Origin: a virus
Taxonomy: Duplodnaviria > Caudoviricetes
Length of the DNA stretch: 64,000 nt
Virus record (IMG/VR): IMGVR_UViG_3300029305_011788
Coordinates: 8,227 to 72,226 of that record
Reading direction: 5' to 3' (one strand)
The notes under the pieces are model-generated. The model was not told the origin of the DNA. It saw only the letters and a program-made list of their open reading frames with translations, and ran no database searches. Shown one piece after another: positions 1 through 10,151 of this stretch (position 1 is the stretch's first letter; each line of letters opens with the position of its first letter). Position numbers and translations under genes: made by a program.

Positions 1-55
1 TGAAGGTCAGCTATTAGGATGAAATAAGTATAAGGGCAGGATTTCTCCCACCCCA

Positions 56-3000
56 TTACACATTCAGCGCATTCCGCGTCTGACGATAGATTTCCAGCCG
101 TGACAGTGATTTCGGGCTATTATTCGTCTGATTCACTGTGCGGCTGTTGTCGTTGTTGTAGTAGTTGTTGACCACACCGCCGCTGCCGCCGTCCAGCATT
201 GCGCCCGAAATGCCGTCAAACTTCACATCAAAGCCCGATTGCATTGTGAGCGACATCGCATCGGCTACAGAGGACACAGCCTTTTCCACATACTTCCTGC
301 TTTTGTTGATACCCTGTGCAAGTCCCTTCATGAAGTCCGGCATCCAGCTCTCAAACTCGGAAAGCGGCCCTTTGTCCGGCACCGAGAAGTGCAGATAATC
401 GCTGATTGCTCGTGCGACATCCGCAACTGTATTGATGAGACTGCCAAGCATATAGTTCAGACCGTTGATAAGATTCTGCATGAGGTCGCGTCCCCAAGAC
501 CACGAGCTGTTGACCTTTTCCATGACCGCCTGATAAACAGAATTCATCGCACCGGATACTGCATCCCGCACACCGCCGAGCCTGTCATTGATGCCGTTTT
601 TGATGTTATCCCAGATAGACAGCACAGCATCTTTGACCTGATTCATCGGCTGCCTAACAATATCCGGCATAGCGTTCCAGATGGTCGTAACAACGGATTT
701 GATGCCGTTCAGGACTGTATTGACTACATCCTTTGCGGCACCCCATGTGGTAGTGATGACGGATTTGATGTCAAGCTGTCCGGTCTGGATCAGGTTTTTC
801 AGTGCCGTCCATACTGCCGTGACGATCTTTTTAATGCCGTTCAAAGCGGATTCAATGACAGAAGATACAGCTTTCCATGTTGTGGTGATGATCTTGCGGA
901 TTTTCTCTAAAGCGGATGTGATTACAGATACAACTGCTTTCCAGCCGGAAGTAATACCGCTTTTGATCTGCGACATGGTTGTATCAATGGCTGCGTTGGC
1001 ATTTGACCAGACGGTTTTGACCGTATCAAAGACCTGCGTCATGAAGCCCTGCACCGCAGTAACAACATTGGACAGTGCGCTCTGAATCACGCTGCTGATT
1101 TTTTCGGCAAGACCGCCGGCAAAATTATTGACCGCATCGCCGACAACACCTGCGTTTTCGTTGATACCGTCAGCCAATCCCTGCATGAAGTCGGGCATCC
1201 AGCTCTCAAAATCCGCAAGAGGTCCCTCATCAGGTACAGAGAAGTGCAGGAAGGACTTGATTTTGTTTGCAACACCTTTGACAGCGTCTGCAACTTTATT
1301 GATACAGCCCTTGATGCCGTTCACGATTCCGTTGATGATGTCAGCACCCCACTGAAATGCCTGCGATGCAAGATTCTTGATGAAGCTGACCGCAGCATTA
1401 AAGCCGTTTTCAATGGTTGTCTTGATTGCTGTGATCTTCTGAGATACAGCGGATTTCACGTTCTCCCAGATATTCGATACCGTCGTTTTTATGGCATTCA
1501 TCACATTGGATACTGTATTTTTGATGCCGTTCCAGATGTTGCTGACCGTAGAGGAGATCGTATTCATGACGCTGCTGATAAATCCGCTGATAGCGTTCCA
1601 TACAGAAGAAACGACAGCATGAATTGCATTCAGCACAGCCGAGATGTGTGCGCTGATGCTGTTCCAGATGCTGGATACCACAGACCAGATCGCATTGAGA
1701 ATACCGGAAATAAAGCCGGAGATTGCATTCCATACTGTAGAGATCACACTGCTGATTGCATCCATCACCGTGGTGATGGTCGTAGAAATCGCATTCCAGA
1801 TCGTTTCAAAAAATGACCGGATCGCTTCGAGAACAGTTGAAACAACAGTTTTAATCGTTTCCCATGTTGTAGTGATCTTTTCGTGAATCCAGTCCATCAC
1901 ACGGGAAATGATAATGTGGATCGCTTCAAAAATCGTCTCGAACAGATACCTGAATGCATCCAGCAGCGGAGAAATGAAATCGTAGATCGTCTGCCAAACA
2001 GTAGAAATGACCGTCCAGATCGCATTCAGCACAGTGCTGATCGCTGTATGGATCGCATTCCATACGGTTGTGATGACCGTTTTGATGAGGTTGATTTTTG
2101 TAGTTACATCATTGTAGATTGCCGTCCAGATGCCGACAAAGAAGTTCTTGATGCCTGTCCAGATCGTAGTGAAGAATGTTGCAATGCCGTTGATGACACC
2201 GGAAAAGAAGTTTTTAATACCATTCCAGATATTGACGAAAAAGTTCTTGATCGCCGTCCAGACATTTACCCAGAACTCTTTCACTTCGTCAAGGCTTGTG
2301 CCGAAAATGTTGCACAGCACATTCATATAGTTTTTGAGCGTATCTTTCAGGAAATTCCAGACCGCTACAAAAATGCCCTTAATGCCGTTCCAGACCTTGT
2401 CCCAGTCACCGGTGAAGATACCGATGAAAATATCCAGTACATTCAGAATGGTGTCTGTCACAAACTTGAAGATGTTAGCGATTTGCTGAAAAACGCCCTC
2501 AAAGACAGGTGCAAGGAATTTACAGAGTCCGTCCCATACAGCCTTGATGACCTCACCGATGTTTTTGAAATCAAAGCCGAGTGCATTGACTCGGTCAACG
2601 ATTCCCTGACAGAAATTATTGAAAATACTCTTGATCTGTTCCCAGATCGCAGTGATCTTGTTTCGGAAGTCCTCATTGGTACGCCACAGATGCACGAAAG
2701 CCGCCACCAAAGCGGCAATCACCGCAATGACAGCGACCACAGGCGCACTAATCCCGCCGATAGCGGCACCAAAGGAACTAAACGCCGCCTTTGCACCTGC
2801 GATGATAGTCGGAAGATTTGAGATAAACTGCATCAGCTTGCCGACTGTGACCATTGTTTTGCCGACAACCACAAGCAAAGGTCCCAGTGCCGCCGCTACA
2901 AGTGCGATTTTTACAATGGTTTCTTTGGTCGCCGGATCCATCTGATTCAGCTTATCCACAAGTGCCTGAATCTTACTGACAATTGTACGAATCGCAGGCA

Positions 3001-4615
3001 TCAGAATCTCACCGAAAGAGATAGCAAGCTCCTGTAGTTGCGATTTCAGGATGGTGAGCTGTCCGCCGAGGTTGTCCTGCATGACAGCAGCCATCTTTTC
3101 GGTCACGCCATTGTAGCCGTCGATTTCGTCTGAACAAGTGTTGATCGCACCTTCGAGCTTTTCGATGTCGCCCGGTGCAGCGTTCATAAGAGCCAAGAAG
3201 CCGGACATGGCATTTTTGCCGACCAGTGTCTGTGCGGCGTTTGCCTTTTCCGATTCCGACATCTGAGAGAATGCCACACGGCAGTCCGCAAGGATATCGT
3301 TCAGGTCACGCATCGAACCGTCAGCGTTTGTAGTTGCGATCTCGATCTCTCCGAAGCTCTCACCGCAGAATTTTACCTCTCCGGCAAGCGCATTCATCAT
3401 AGATCGAAGCGCCGTACCTGCCTGTGAACCCTTGATACCGCTGTTCGCCATGAGACCGATAGCTTCCGCCGTGTCCTCGCAGGAGAATCCCAATGCACCT
3501 GCAACAGGCGCACAATATTTGAAGGTTTCACCCATCATGGACACATTCGTGTTAGCATTCGAGCTTGCCGCCGCAAGTACATCTGCGAAATGTCCGGAGT
3601 CAGCCGCCGTCAGTCCGAAAGCGGTCAGAGCGTCAGTAACGATATCAGATGTGGTAGCCAAATCCTCACCGGAAGCGGCAGCAAGGTTCATAATACCTTC
3701 GATACCGTCAAGCATATCTCCAGTTTTCCAGCCTGCCATCGCCATATAGTTCATGGCTTCTGCGGCTTCGGATGCGGAGAATTTCGTCTTTGCACCCATC
3801 TCACGGGCTTTGTCTCTCAGGCCTTGCAGTTCATCACCGGTCGCACCGGATACAGCAGCGACCTTGCTCATGGCAGTATCGAAATCTGATGCTGTTTTCA
3901 CAGCGGCAGTTCCGGCGGCGAGAATAGGCACAGTTACATGGGTTGTCAGTGTTTCACCGACATCGGCGATCTTGCCGCCGACCTTTTCAAGCGTTTCACC
4001 CGCCTGACCGATTTTCACCAGAGCCTCTTGGGATTTGCTTGCCTCCGTTTGCAGGCTCTGAAGCTCCTGCTCGGTCTCGATGATCTCACGCTGGAGTGCA
4101 TCGTACTGCTCCGGGCTGATCGGATTACCGAATTCATCGGACACATCCTTTGCCTGCTGTTTCAGAGAGGTCAGTTCATCAGTCGTTTCCTTGATCTCAC
4201 GCTGCAAAGAATCGTACTTCTCCTGTGAGATCTGTCCTTTAGAAAGCTGCTCATCGGCAGTTTTTGCCTGTTCCTTCAGCTCTTTCAGCTTGGTTTCGGT
4301 CTCACCGATCTTCTGTTTGATCGGATCATACTTTGCCTTCCAAGCATCGTAGTTGTCTTTGGTTTTGGCGGCTTCCTCGCTGGCTTTTTTCAGGGTATCC
4401 AGTCGTTCCTTTGTGCTTTTGACAGCATCACCGAGCAACTTCTGCTTCTGAGCAAGCAGCTCTGTATTTTTCGGATCGAGCTTCAGCAGCTTTTCGACAT
4501 CCTTGAGCTGCGTCTGCGTGTTCTTGATGTTTTTATCAACGGATTGCAGAGCCTTACTGAGTTTCGTAGTATCGCCGTTGATCTCGACTGTAATACCCTT
4601 AATTCTTCCTGCCAT
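56..4615 (-). CDS. Tail tape measure protein (TP901-like core)
   Basis: 1519 aa; MAGRIKGITVEINGDTT start, FSASEAAEAMNYMAMAGW core, W/F-periodic repeats, follows tail chaperones. Confidence 0.95.
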   Translation of the reverse strand: MAGRIKGITVEINGDTTKLSKALQSVDKNIKNTQTQLKDVEKLLKLDPKNTELLAQKQKLLGDAVKSTKERLDTLKKASEEAAKTKDNYDAWKAKYDPIKQKIGETETKLKELKEQAKTADEQLSKGQISQEKYDSLQREIKETTDELTSLKQQAKDVSDEFGNPISPEQYDALQREIIETEQELQSLQTEASKSQEALVKIGQAGETLEKVGGKIADVGETLTTHVTVPILAAGTAAVKTASDFDTAMSKVAAVSGATGDELQGLRDKAREMGAKTKFSASEAAEAMNYMAMAGWKTGDMLDGIEGIMNLAAASGEDLATTSDIVTDALTAFGLTAADSGHFADVLAAASSNANTNVSMMGETFKYCAPVAGALGFSCEDTAEAIGLMANSGIKGSQAGTALRSMMNALAGEVKFCGESFGEIEIATTNADGSMRDLNDILADCRVAFSQMSESEKANAAQTLVGKNAMSGFLALMNAAPGDIEKLEGAINTCSDEIDGYNGVTEKMAAVMQDNLGGQLTILKSQLQELAISFGEILMPAIRTIVSKIQALVDKLNQMDPATKETIVKIALVAAALGPLLVVVGKTMVTVGKLMQFISNLPTIIAGAKAAFSSFGAAIGGISAPVVAVIAVIAALVAAFVHLWRTNEDFRNKITAIWEQIKSIFNNFCQGIVDRVNALGFDFKNIGEVIKAVWDGLCKFLAPVFEGVFQQIANIFKFVTDTILNVLDIFIGIFTGDWDKVWNGIKGIFVAVWNFLKDTLKNYMNVLCNIFGTSLDEVKEFWVNVWTAIKNFFVNIWNGIKNFFSGVINGIATFFTTIWTGIKNFFVGIWTAIYNDVTTKINLIKTVITTVWNAIHTAISTVLNAIWTVISTVWQTIYDFISPLLDAFRYLFETIFEAIHIIISRVMDWIHEKITTTWETIKTVVSTVLEAIRSFFETIWNAISTTITTVMDAISSVISTVWNAISGFISGILNAIWSVVSSIWNSISAHISAVLNAIHAVVSSVWNAISGFISSVMNTISSTVSNIWNGIKNTVSNVMNAIKTTVSNIWENVKSAVSQKITAIKTTIENGFNAAVSFIKNLASQAFQWGADIINGIVNGIKGCINKVADAVKGVANKIKSFLHFSVPDEGPLADFESWMPDFMQGLADGINENAGVVGDAVNNFAGGLAEKISSVIQSALSNVVTAVQGFMTQVFDTVKTVWSNANAAIDTTMSQIKSGITSGWKAVVSVITSALEKIRKIITTTWKAVSSVIESALNGIKKIVTAVWTALKNLIQTGQLDIKSVITTTWGAAKDVVNTVLNGIKSVVTTIWNAMPDIVRQPMNQVKDAVLSIWDNIKNGINDRLGGVRDAVSGAMNSVYQAVMEKVNSSWSWGRDLMQNLINGLNYMLGSLINTVADVARAISDYLHFSVPDKGPLSEFESWMPDFMKGLAQGINKSRKYVEKAVSSVADAMSLTMQSGFDVKFDGISGAMLDGGSGGVVNNYYNNDNSRTVNQTNNSPKSLSRLEIYRQTRNALNV

Positions 4616-4697
4616 GCGATATCACCTGCCTTTCAGGAAAAATAAAAATACCTACTGTGGTAGGTAGACAAGTAGGCTGGATAGGTGTATAATATGG

Positions 4698-5324
4698 CTA
4701 TCTCCTGTGCAGTGTTTCGGCTATGCTTTTGTGATACAGTTCTCTCGGCTCAAAGCCGATTCCGACATAAAACAGATGCATCACAGCACCTGCACCGAAG
4801 GTAGAAATGAGTGTACCGATACCGACAGTGCCGCCGAGCAGCCAGCCAAACAATGTGACGAGTGCAAACAGCAATATCTCAACCACACCTATTGGCATCT
4901 TCGGCAACCGCTTTCCGATGGCAATCAGCAGACCGTCTTTCGGGCCGCAGCCCTGTTCCGCCTTCATATACACATACATTCCCAGAGCAATAAACAGAAA
5001 TCCGAAAAGCATATATGCGATGCCAAGCCATACGCTGTGGTTTTCGGGATAGGGAGATATATTACACAATAGCTGTGTAAGATTTCCCGTAGTGACTGCA
5101 TCAAACAGTGTTGCAAAGCCGATGCGCTCACGTAAGAGTAGCTGTAATATGACCGCCGTGAGAGATATCGCCATCATTGTACCGCCATAATTCAGCGGCG
5201 TATGACAGGATATCCCCACAGCGAGGCAGTCCCACGGTGCCAGACCGATGTTTGCATATATCGTCAGATATACACCGAAGGAATAAATGGTAAGTCCGAG
5301 AAGGATTTTCAGAAATTGCCGCAC
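4698..5324 (-). CDS. YczE/YitT-like multi-pass membrane protein (moron); start uncertain, alternative ATG at 5432
   Basis: Hydrophobic helices with GLAPWD and GCGPKDGL motifs, internal two-fold repeat. Confidence 0.7.
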   Translation of the reverse strand: MRQFLKILLGLTIYSFGVYLTIYANIGLAPWDCLAVGISCHTPLNYGGTMMAISLTAVILQLLLRERIGFATLFDAVTTGNLTQLLCNISPYPENHSVWLGIAYMLFGFLFIALGMYVYMKAEQGCGPKDGLLIAIGKRLPKMPIGVVEILLFALVTLFGWLLGGTVGIGTLISTFGAGAVMHLFYVGIGFEPRELYHKSIAETLHRR

Positions 5325-5379
5325 GATGATATCCGCACTTTTTCGGGATATTTTCCCAGAACTGCCGCGCTTTTTTGGC

Positions 5380-5544
5380 TTAGAAGGCGTCCATCTGCGC
5401 CTGAGTTGCCTTATACGGGTAATTATAGTCATCATTATCCCTTTCAATGAACATCTCATTGACCATCCCGATAGTGAGCAGATCAAGGTCGGATAAACTC
5501 AGCCCGATCTGCACACATCGGAGAAGGAACAGCGGCGTTGTCAT
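5380..5544 (-). CDS. Tail assembly chaperone, downstream (gpT-like) frame
   Basis: MTTPLFLLRCVQIGLS...; ATGA overlap with upstream gene and open in the -1 frame across the A9 run. Confidence 0.75.
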   Translation of the reverse strand: MTTPLFLLRCVQIGLSLSDLDLLTIGMVNEMFIERDNDDYNYPYKATQAQMDAF

Positions 5545-5921
5545 CTCGCGGTCAACTGGGCGAGATTTTTTTTTGACTCTGCCTGCGTCTCCAGATTCAT
5601 GCCCCACAGTTCAAAAAGCTGCGGCAGCACCTCGTAGATCGAGAAGCAGTTGAACTGTTCGAGCCAGTCGTCCGGGCTGTCAGGAACATTCTCCGGATCA
5701 GCGTGCTTTGCCATCGTCCATGCGATGTTCTCGAACACCTCAAGGCTCTCGATGCCGAGACCGGAATCCTGCTCATCGCTCTCGTCCACGGAGTCCTTCA
5801 GTGCCGCAAAATCCTTGAAGATGTCCTTGCGGAACTTTGCACGATAAAGGCGAGGCAGTGTTGCGCTCGCCTTGAAAGGAACCTCGATACCGTCAACAGT
5901 GATGATTTTCTTGATAGCCAT
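5541..5921 (-). CDS. Tail assembly chaperone (gpG-like)
   Basis: 126 aa acidic protein between major tail and tape measure genes. Confidence 0.8.
   Translation of the reverse strand: MAIKKIITVDGIEVPFKASATLPRLYRAKFRKDIFKDFAALKDSVDESDEQDSGLGIESLEVFENIAWTMAKHADPENVPDSPDDWLEQFNCFSIYEVLPQLFELWGMNLETQAESKKNLAQLTAR
5566..5574 (-). other. Candidate -1 ribosomal frameshift site (A9)
   Basis: TCA AAA AAA AAT; the -1 frame reads VKKKSRPVDREM into the downstream chaperone ORF. Confidence 0.65.
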
Positions 5922-5939
5922 ATTCTTTCTCCTTCGTTA

Positions 5940-6581
5940 TCAGTCAGTTGTGGTTGCAGTGCCACCCTTTGTGGTACTTGCGGAACGAGTGCCGGTGCTG
6001 TTGTTTGTGGTAGCGGCGGCAGGGATATACACCGCATTATACCAGTTATCATAAGTGGTCTGGTCGGTGCTTTCGCAGGTTTTGGACTTCACCAGACCGG
6101 ACGGGAGTGCCGATGCCTTGAGGGACAGCTTTTCCGTCTTGACGCTCTTGCTCTCCTCCGTGGTCTCGCCCTCGGTTGCAGGACGGGATGCCGAGCAGCA
6201 GTACAGCACATGACGGATGTGATTCTTGTCGCCGTCGAACTCAAACATCAGTGCAAACTGCGATGTTTCGGCATCATTGCGTTCTACAAGTACGCCCTTG
6301 CTGTCGAGCTGTTCCCCGAGAATTGCAGTTGCAAAGTCGGTCGTAATGAGTGCAACTTCGAGATCACCGTCATAGCCTGCGTTGTTGTTGATGACGTAGT
6401 ACACGCAGTTATCTGCGTAAAAGTTCTCGTTTTCGCCGTTGGCGTCAATGCTCAGCGAAACAGCACCGGGCAGACGCACGGGCGTTGCAAATGTCGGCAC
6501 ACCGTCTTCAGACCATGCCGTGATCTTTGCCCAGTGAACCTTGTTCAGACCGAACTTGACCTTGTTTTTCTGAAGTGCCAT
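5940..6581 (-). CDS. Major tail (tube) protein, phi13-like
   Basis: NKVKFGLNKVHWA start, FYADN, GYDGDLEVA motifs; GGAGG RBS fits second ATG. Confidence 0.9.
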   Translation of the reverse strand: MALQKNKVKFGLNKVHWAKITAWSEDGVPTFATPVRLPGAVSLSIDANGENENFYADNCVYYVINNNAGYDGDLEVALITTDFATAILGEQLDSKGVLVERNDAETSQFALMFEFDGDKNHIRHVLYCCSASRPATEGETTEESKSVKTEKLSLKASALPSGLVKSKTCESTDQTTYDNWYNAVYIPAAATTNNSTGTRSASTTKGGTATTTD

Positions 6582-6583
6582 AT

Positions 6584-6901
6584 TCATACCTCCATGATAT
6601 AGAGGACTTCATAGAGCCGTTCCGACTCAATCCATACCTCAGATTTTGTGTAATAAATGTTGTGCTGCAAGAGGACGTCCTCCACACGCTGTTCCGTATC
6701 CGGCGATTTTTCATCCGTGTATAATTCAATGTGCAGCCGCTTGAAGCTGACATACATCAGATTATCCGCACCGAATGTATTTTCACCGGGAGACAGAAAC
6801 AGCGTGAATGGAGGATCCGGGCTTTCACCCTCTGCGAAGTGATGGTAAGCAAAGGGCAGCCCGATCTCCTGCATCATTTCATTGATTTCCTCGTAGGTCA
6901 C
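6584..6901 (-). CDS. Tail completion/terminator protein
   Basis: 105 aa, GLPFAYHHF and IELYTD motifs, position before major tail. Confidence 0.7.
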   Translation of the reverse strand: MTYEEINEMMQEIGLPFAYHHFAEGESPDPPFTLFLSPGENTFGADNLMYVSFKRLHIELYTDEKSPDTEQRVEDVLLQHNIYYTKSEVWIESERLYEVLYIMEV

Positions 6902-6913
6902 GAATATCCCTCC

Positions 6914-7282
6914 TTATGACAGTGCCTTTTCGATGAGAGATTCCAGCATCTCCTCACCATGCTGTTCCGCCGGTGCAATATGCGGGATAGCAGCTACACG
7001 ACTGCCACCCCTTTTCGCATGACCGTGTTCCAGCAGATGTGCGATCTGGTAGCGGTTTTTGGAATGCACCGTCATTTCGAGTGTATGGCTATTCTCCTTC
7101 ACCTTTTTTGCCGCCCAGCTTTTCTGATACCGACCGGACTTTTTCGGAGCATTGGCGGAAATCTCGTTCTTGACGGCGGTCGCTGTCTTTCTCACAGCCT
7201 TTTTCATCGCTGTGTCCGCAAGTTCAGCATACTCGGTCAGCCCCTTCATGACCTCCGATGCCAGATCATCAATAGATGTCAT
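6914..7282 (-). CDS. HK97 gp10-like neck protein
   Basis: APKKSGRYQKSW, AHLLEHGHAKRGG, PHIAPA motifs. Confidence 0.85.
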   Translation of the reverse strand: MTSIDDLASEVMKGLTEYAELADTAMKKAVRKTATAVKNEISANAPKKSGRYQKSWAAKKVKENSHTLEMTVHSKNRYQIAHLLEHGHAKRGGSRVAAIPHIAPAEQHGEEMLESLIEKALS

Positions 7283-7628
7283 CCTTTGCACCCGCCTTTC
7301 TGGATTCACAGATCAGTTTCATATAGTCCTGTGTCTGGAAATTCGGAACAATGCCTTTGATGTCGTAGTCCAGACCGTCAAAACGGATTCTGTACACAGT
7401 TGACATCATCCGCTTTGTCTGAGGAGTTTGCCGGATAATGGCATCGATTTTCTGTATCGCTCTGGTCACGCCGGTGTCCGTCTCCTCTGATGCACCGTTA
7501 TTGGATACAGTCACAGAAGCCCAGAGGGAGAACACCTCCTCCCACTGAGCCTTGTGATTGCCGATAGCATCCTTTTTGACATGATTTTCAAGGACAGCAA
7601 TGCGCTGATTCAGTTTTCCGATCTCCAT
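7269..7628 (-). CDS. Head-tail adaptor / head closure protein
   Basis: MEIGKLNQRI start, KDAIGN, YRIRFDGLDYDI motifs. Confidence 0.85.
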   Translation of the reverse strand: MEIGKLNQRIAVLENHVKKDAIGNHKAQWEEVFSLWASVTVSNNGASEETDTGVTRAIQKIDAIIRQTPQTKRMMSTVYRIRFDGLDYDIKGIVPNFQTQDYMKLICESRKAGAKDDIY

Positions 7629-7906
7629 CAGACGATGCCCTCCCTCTGTGCGAACAGCAAAGCTCTGAGCGTTAGTGTCAGTGCATGATAATCAGCAGTA
7701 TTGCGGTTTTCGTAGAGGTAAGAAACAGTGTACAGCATAGCCTGCCGGGAGGTTTCCTCATTTTCCGCGAGCTGCTTTTCATTCATACGCCCCACATCCA
7801 TCACGAGCCGCTGCGCCGTATCGATCAGAGTGAGGATGAGCTTGTCATCCTCTGGGTGGTCAACACGGAGATAATTCTTGGTTTCAGGTAGTGAGATCAG
7901 ATTCAT
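7628..7906 (-). CDS. Head-tail connector (gp6-like)
   Basis: ETKNYLRVD..DDKLI and YLYENR motifs. Confidence 0.85.
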   Translation of the reverse strand: MNLISLPETKNYLRVDHPEDDKLILTLIDTAQRLVMDVGRMNEKQLAENEETSRQAMLYTVSYLYENRNTADYHALTLTLRALLFAQREGIV

Positions 7907-9168
7907 CAGCCGTTACCGCCAGTATTGCCGCCAGTCGTACCGCCGCTCGTGGTGTTGGACTTCGTGCCAGCCATCTTCAGCACCTTCACGGACTCGGGAA
8001 GGATAAGACGACCGTCCACACGCTGAGTAGTGAGGAAACCGACCTGATCGGTACGGGCATACAGCTCGTTCAGACGGCGGAAGGTACGGTTCTGTCTGTC
8101 AGCCACCCAGTAATTCTTCATGTCACCGAAGAGGAGAACACGCTCACCCTTGGCGATACCGGGCATGAAGGAAGATGTGCGGATGGGGCGACCGAGGAGC
8201 GTGTCGGGCTTTGCGATATCAAGGGACGGCTTCCAGAGGTAGTTGTCGTTCTTGTCCTTCAGCTTCATGAGCTGAAGCAGGATGGTCTCATTGCAGACGA
8301 ACTGTGCATTTCTGCGGTAGGGAGACTTGAGGCTGTAGTAGAGGTCGAACACCTCGTCAAAGGTGATCGCCGTCTGGGATGCCGCAGTAACACCAAGCTC
8401 TGCACCGCCTGTCTCATCGAGGATACCGAGAGGCTTTTTGTCGCCGTCACCGGTGAAAAACGCACGCTCCTCAGCATTGCCCATTGCAACACCGAAACGT
8501 GCAGCGATATAGCTTGCGAGGTCGAATGCGGAGTCGTGCAGAAGCTCGTTGCTGATCTTGATCATCGTACCGAGCTTGTATGCAGAGAGCGTGGTCTGAC
8601 CGAATCTGGTGTCAGTCTCCGGGATCTCCTCGCCCTCGTCGATCCACTGTGCCTCCATCGTGTCGTTGGCGATAGGGATCTTGCGGGTACCGGAGTTGGT
8701 CTTGATGACCGTAGCCATCTGACGGAAGATGTTGTTCTCCTCCAGCGCCTGGATCAGTCTGCGCTCGAACTCATCCGGCACAGTGTAGCCGCCCTCGGTG
8801 TCCTCACCGACAGAGAGTGCGTTGCGGACTGCAAGCTGGTCACCCTTGTTGCGGATCATATCCCAGAATGCGCCCTTGTACTCGTCGGTTGCGGTCGGGT
8901 TAGTGGGCGGCGTGTTCTTTGCGCCGGGAGCGTTGGTGACGGGACGGGAGGTCGGTGCGGACAGTGCGGCATCGAGGGCTGCCTGCTGTTCCAGACGCTC
9001 GATCTCTGCGCCGAGAGCCTGCACCTCGGATGCCATCTTGTTGTACTGCTCGACTGCGGATGCCTCAACGAGACCGTTCTCACCACGGTGCTTTTCAAGA
9101 AATGCCTTAGTCTGCTCCCACAGGGTATTGCGCTTTGTGCGAAGTTCCATGATCTTGCTCATATTCAT
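7906..9168 (-). CDS. Major capsid protein, HK97 fold
   Basis: Coiled-coil delta domain, EGGYTVPDEF, LLGRP, LLFGD, RVDG motifs. Confidence 0.95.
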   Translation of the reverse strand: MNMSKIMELRTKRNTLWEQTKAFLEKHRGENGLVEASAVEQYNKMASEVQALGAEIERLEQQAALDAALSAPTSRPVTNAPGAKNTPPTNPTATDEYKGAFWDMIRNKGDQLAVRNALSVGEDTEGGYTVPDEFERRLIQALEENNIFRQMATVIKTNSGTRKIPIANDTMEAQWIDEGEEIPETDTRFGQTTLSAYKLGTMIKISNELLHDSAFDLASYIAARFGVAMGNAEERAFFTGDGDKKPLGILDETGGAELGVTAASQTAITFDEVFDLYYSLKSPYRRNAQFVCNETILLQLMKLKDKNDNYLWKPSLDIAKPDTLLGRPIRTSSFMPGIAKGERVLLFGDMKNYWVADRQNRTFRRLNELYARTDQVGFLTTQRVDGRLILPESVKVLKMAGTKSNTTSGGTTGGNTGGNG

Positions 9169-9218
9169 TTCTCCATTTCTCCGGATAAAATCCGGCGGTC
9201 ATAAAAATAACAGCCTGC

Positions 9219-10151
9219 TTATCTCATAAAAGCAAGCTGCTGTTTCAAAATTTCATACGGCATTGCGCCGTCCTTTGTCCTGCCGTCCATGCCGATCACA
9301 GGCATATCGGGAACAGTCACAGTCAGTGCTGTATCCGTCAACCTTTTTTCGGCAGGTTTCGGTGCTTCAGTTTTGTCATCGGGAGTGTCGTCCGAGTCGG
9401 CGGTTTCTGCGCCTGCGGTGATCTTTCCCAAGATGGTCTGCCCCATGATACGGGTACTGTACTGCCAAAGGGCATCGCCGGAGTCCAGCTTGAACGGCTT
9501 CTTTTCGGTTTCCTTCTTTTCATCCCCGTCCTCGTCACCGCCTTCCTCGTCGGGCTTTTCGGGATCGTCCGGATTCTCAGGCTCATCCTCCTTCTTGTCC
9601 GGCGCAGGCTTTTCGTCAAAGAGGATCACATCGGCAAAGCCAAGCTCCACAGCCTTTTTCGCATTGATCCAAGTTTCATCGGACATGAGCTTGCTGATGC
9701 GGTTGTGAGAAAGCCCGGTTTTCGCCATATATGCGTTGATAATGCTCTCCTTGACCTCGTTGAGCGTTGCGATGGCTTTCTCCATATCACGCGCATTACC
9801 CATTGCAATTGTGCTGGGATCATGCACCATCAGCAAAGCCGTCGGGGACATCTCCACGGTGTTGCCGGCCATTGCGATCACGCTTGCCGCCGATGCTGCG
9901 ATGCTTGCGATTTTTACAGTCACCTTGTGCGGATAATCACGAATCATCGTGTAAATCTCGGCAGCGGCGAACACATTCCCGCCTGGACTATTCAGCCAAA
10001 GTGTAATGTCGCCTTCCTCGGCATACAGCTCATCACGGAACGACTGAGGCGTGATCTCATCCCCCCAGAAGCTCTCCGAGTCGATAGGTCCTTCGAGCCG
10101 GAGGACTCTGCCGCCGCTGTCATCGTGAATCCAGTTCCAGAACTTTTCCAT
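9219..10151 (-). CDS. ClpP-like head maturation protease with acidic C-terminal extension
   Basis: LNSPGG, AASAASVIAMAG, MVHDP, ETW motifs. Confidence 0.9.
   Translation of the reverse strand: MEKFWNWIHDDSGGRVLRLEGPIDSESFWGDEITPQSFRDELYAEEGDITLWLNSPGGNVFAAAEIYTMIRDYPHKVTVKIASIAASAASVIAMAGNTVEMSPTALLMVHDPSTIAMGNARDMEKAIATLNEVKESIINAYMAKTGLSHNRISKLMSDETWINAKKAVELGFADVILFDEKPAPDKKEDEPENPDDPEKPDEEGGDEDGDEKKETEKKPFKLDSGDALWQYSTRIMGQTILGKITAGAETADSDDTPDDKTEAPKPAEKRLTDTALTVTVPDMPVIGMDGRTKDGAMPYEILKQQLAFMR

Noticed and set aside
7891-9204. Long plus-strand ORFs opposite capsid, methylase, nrdD, PolA and others (e.g. 7891-9204, 30225-31493, 34046-35200)
   Set aside because: Antisense shadows of strongly codon-biased genes; no RBS or recognisable motifs.
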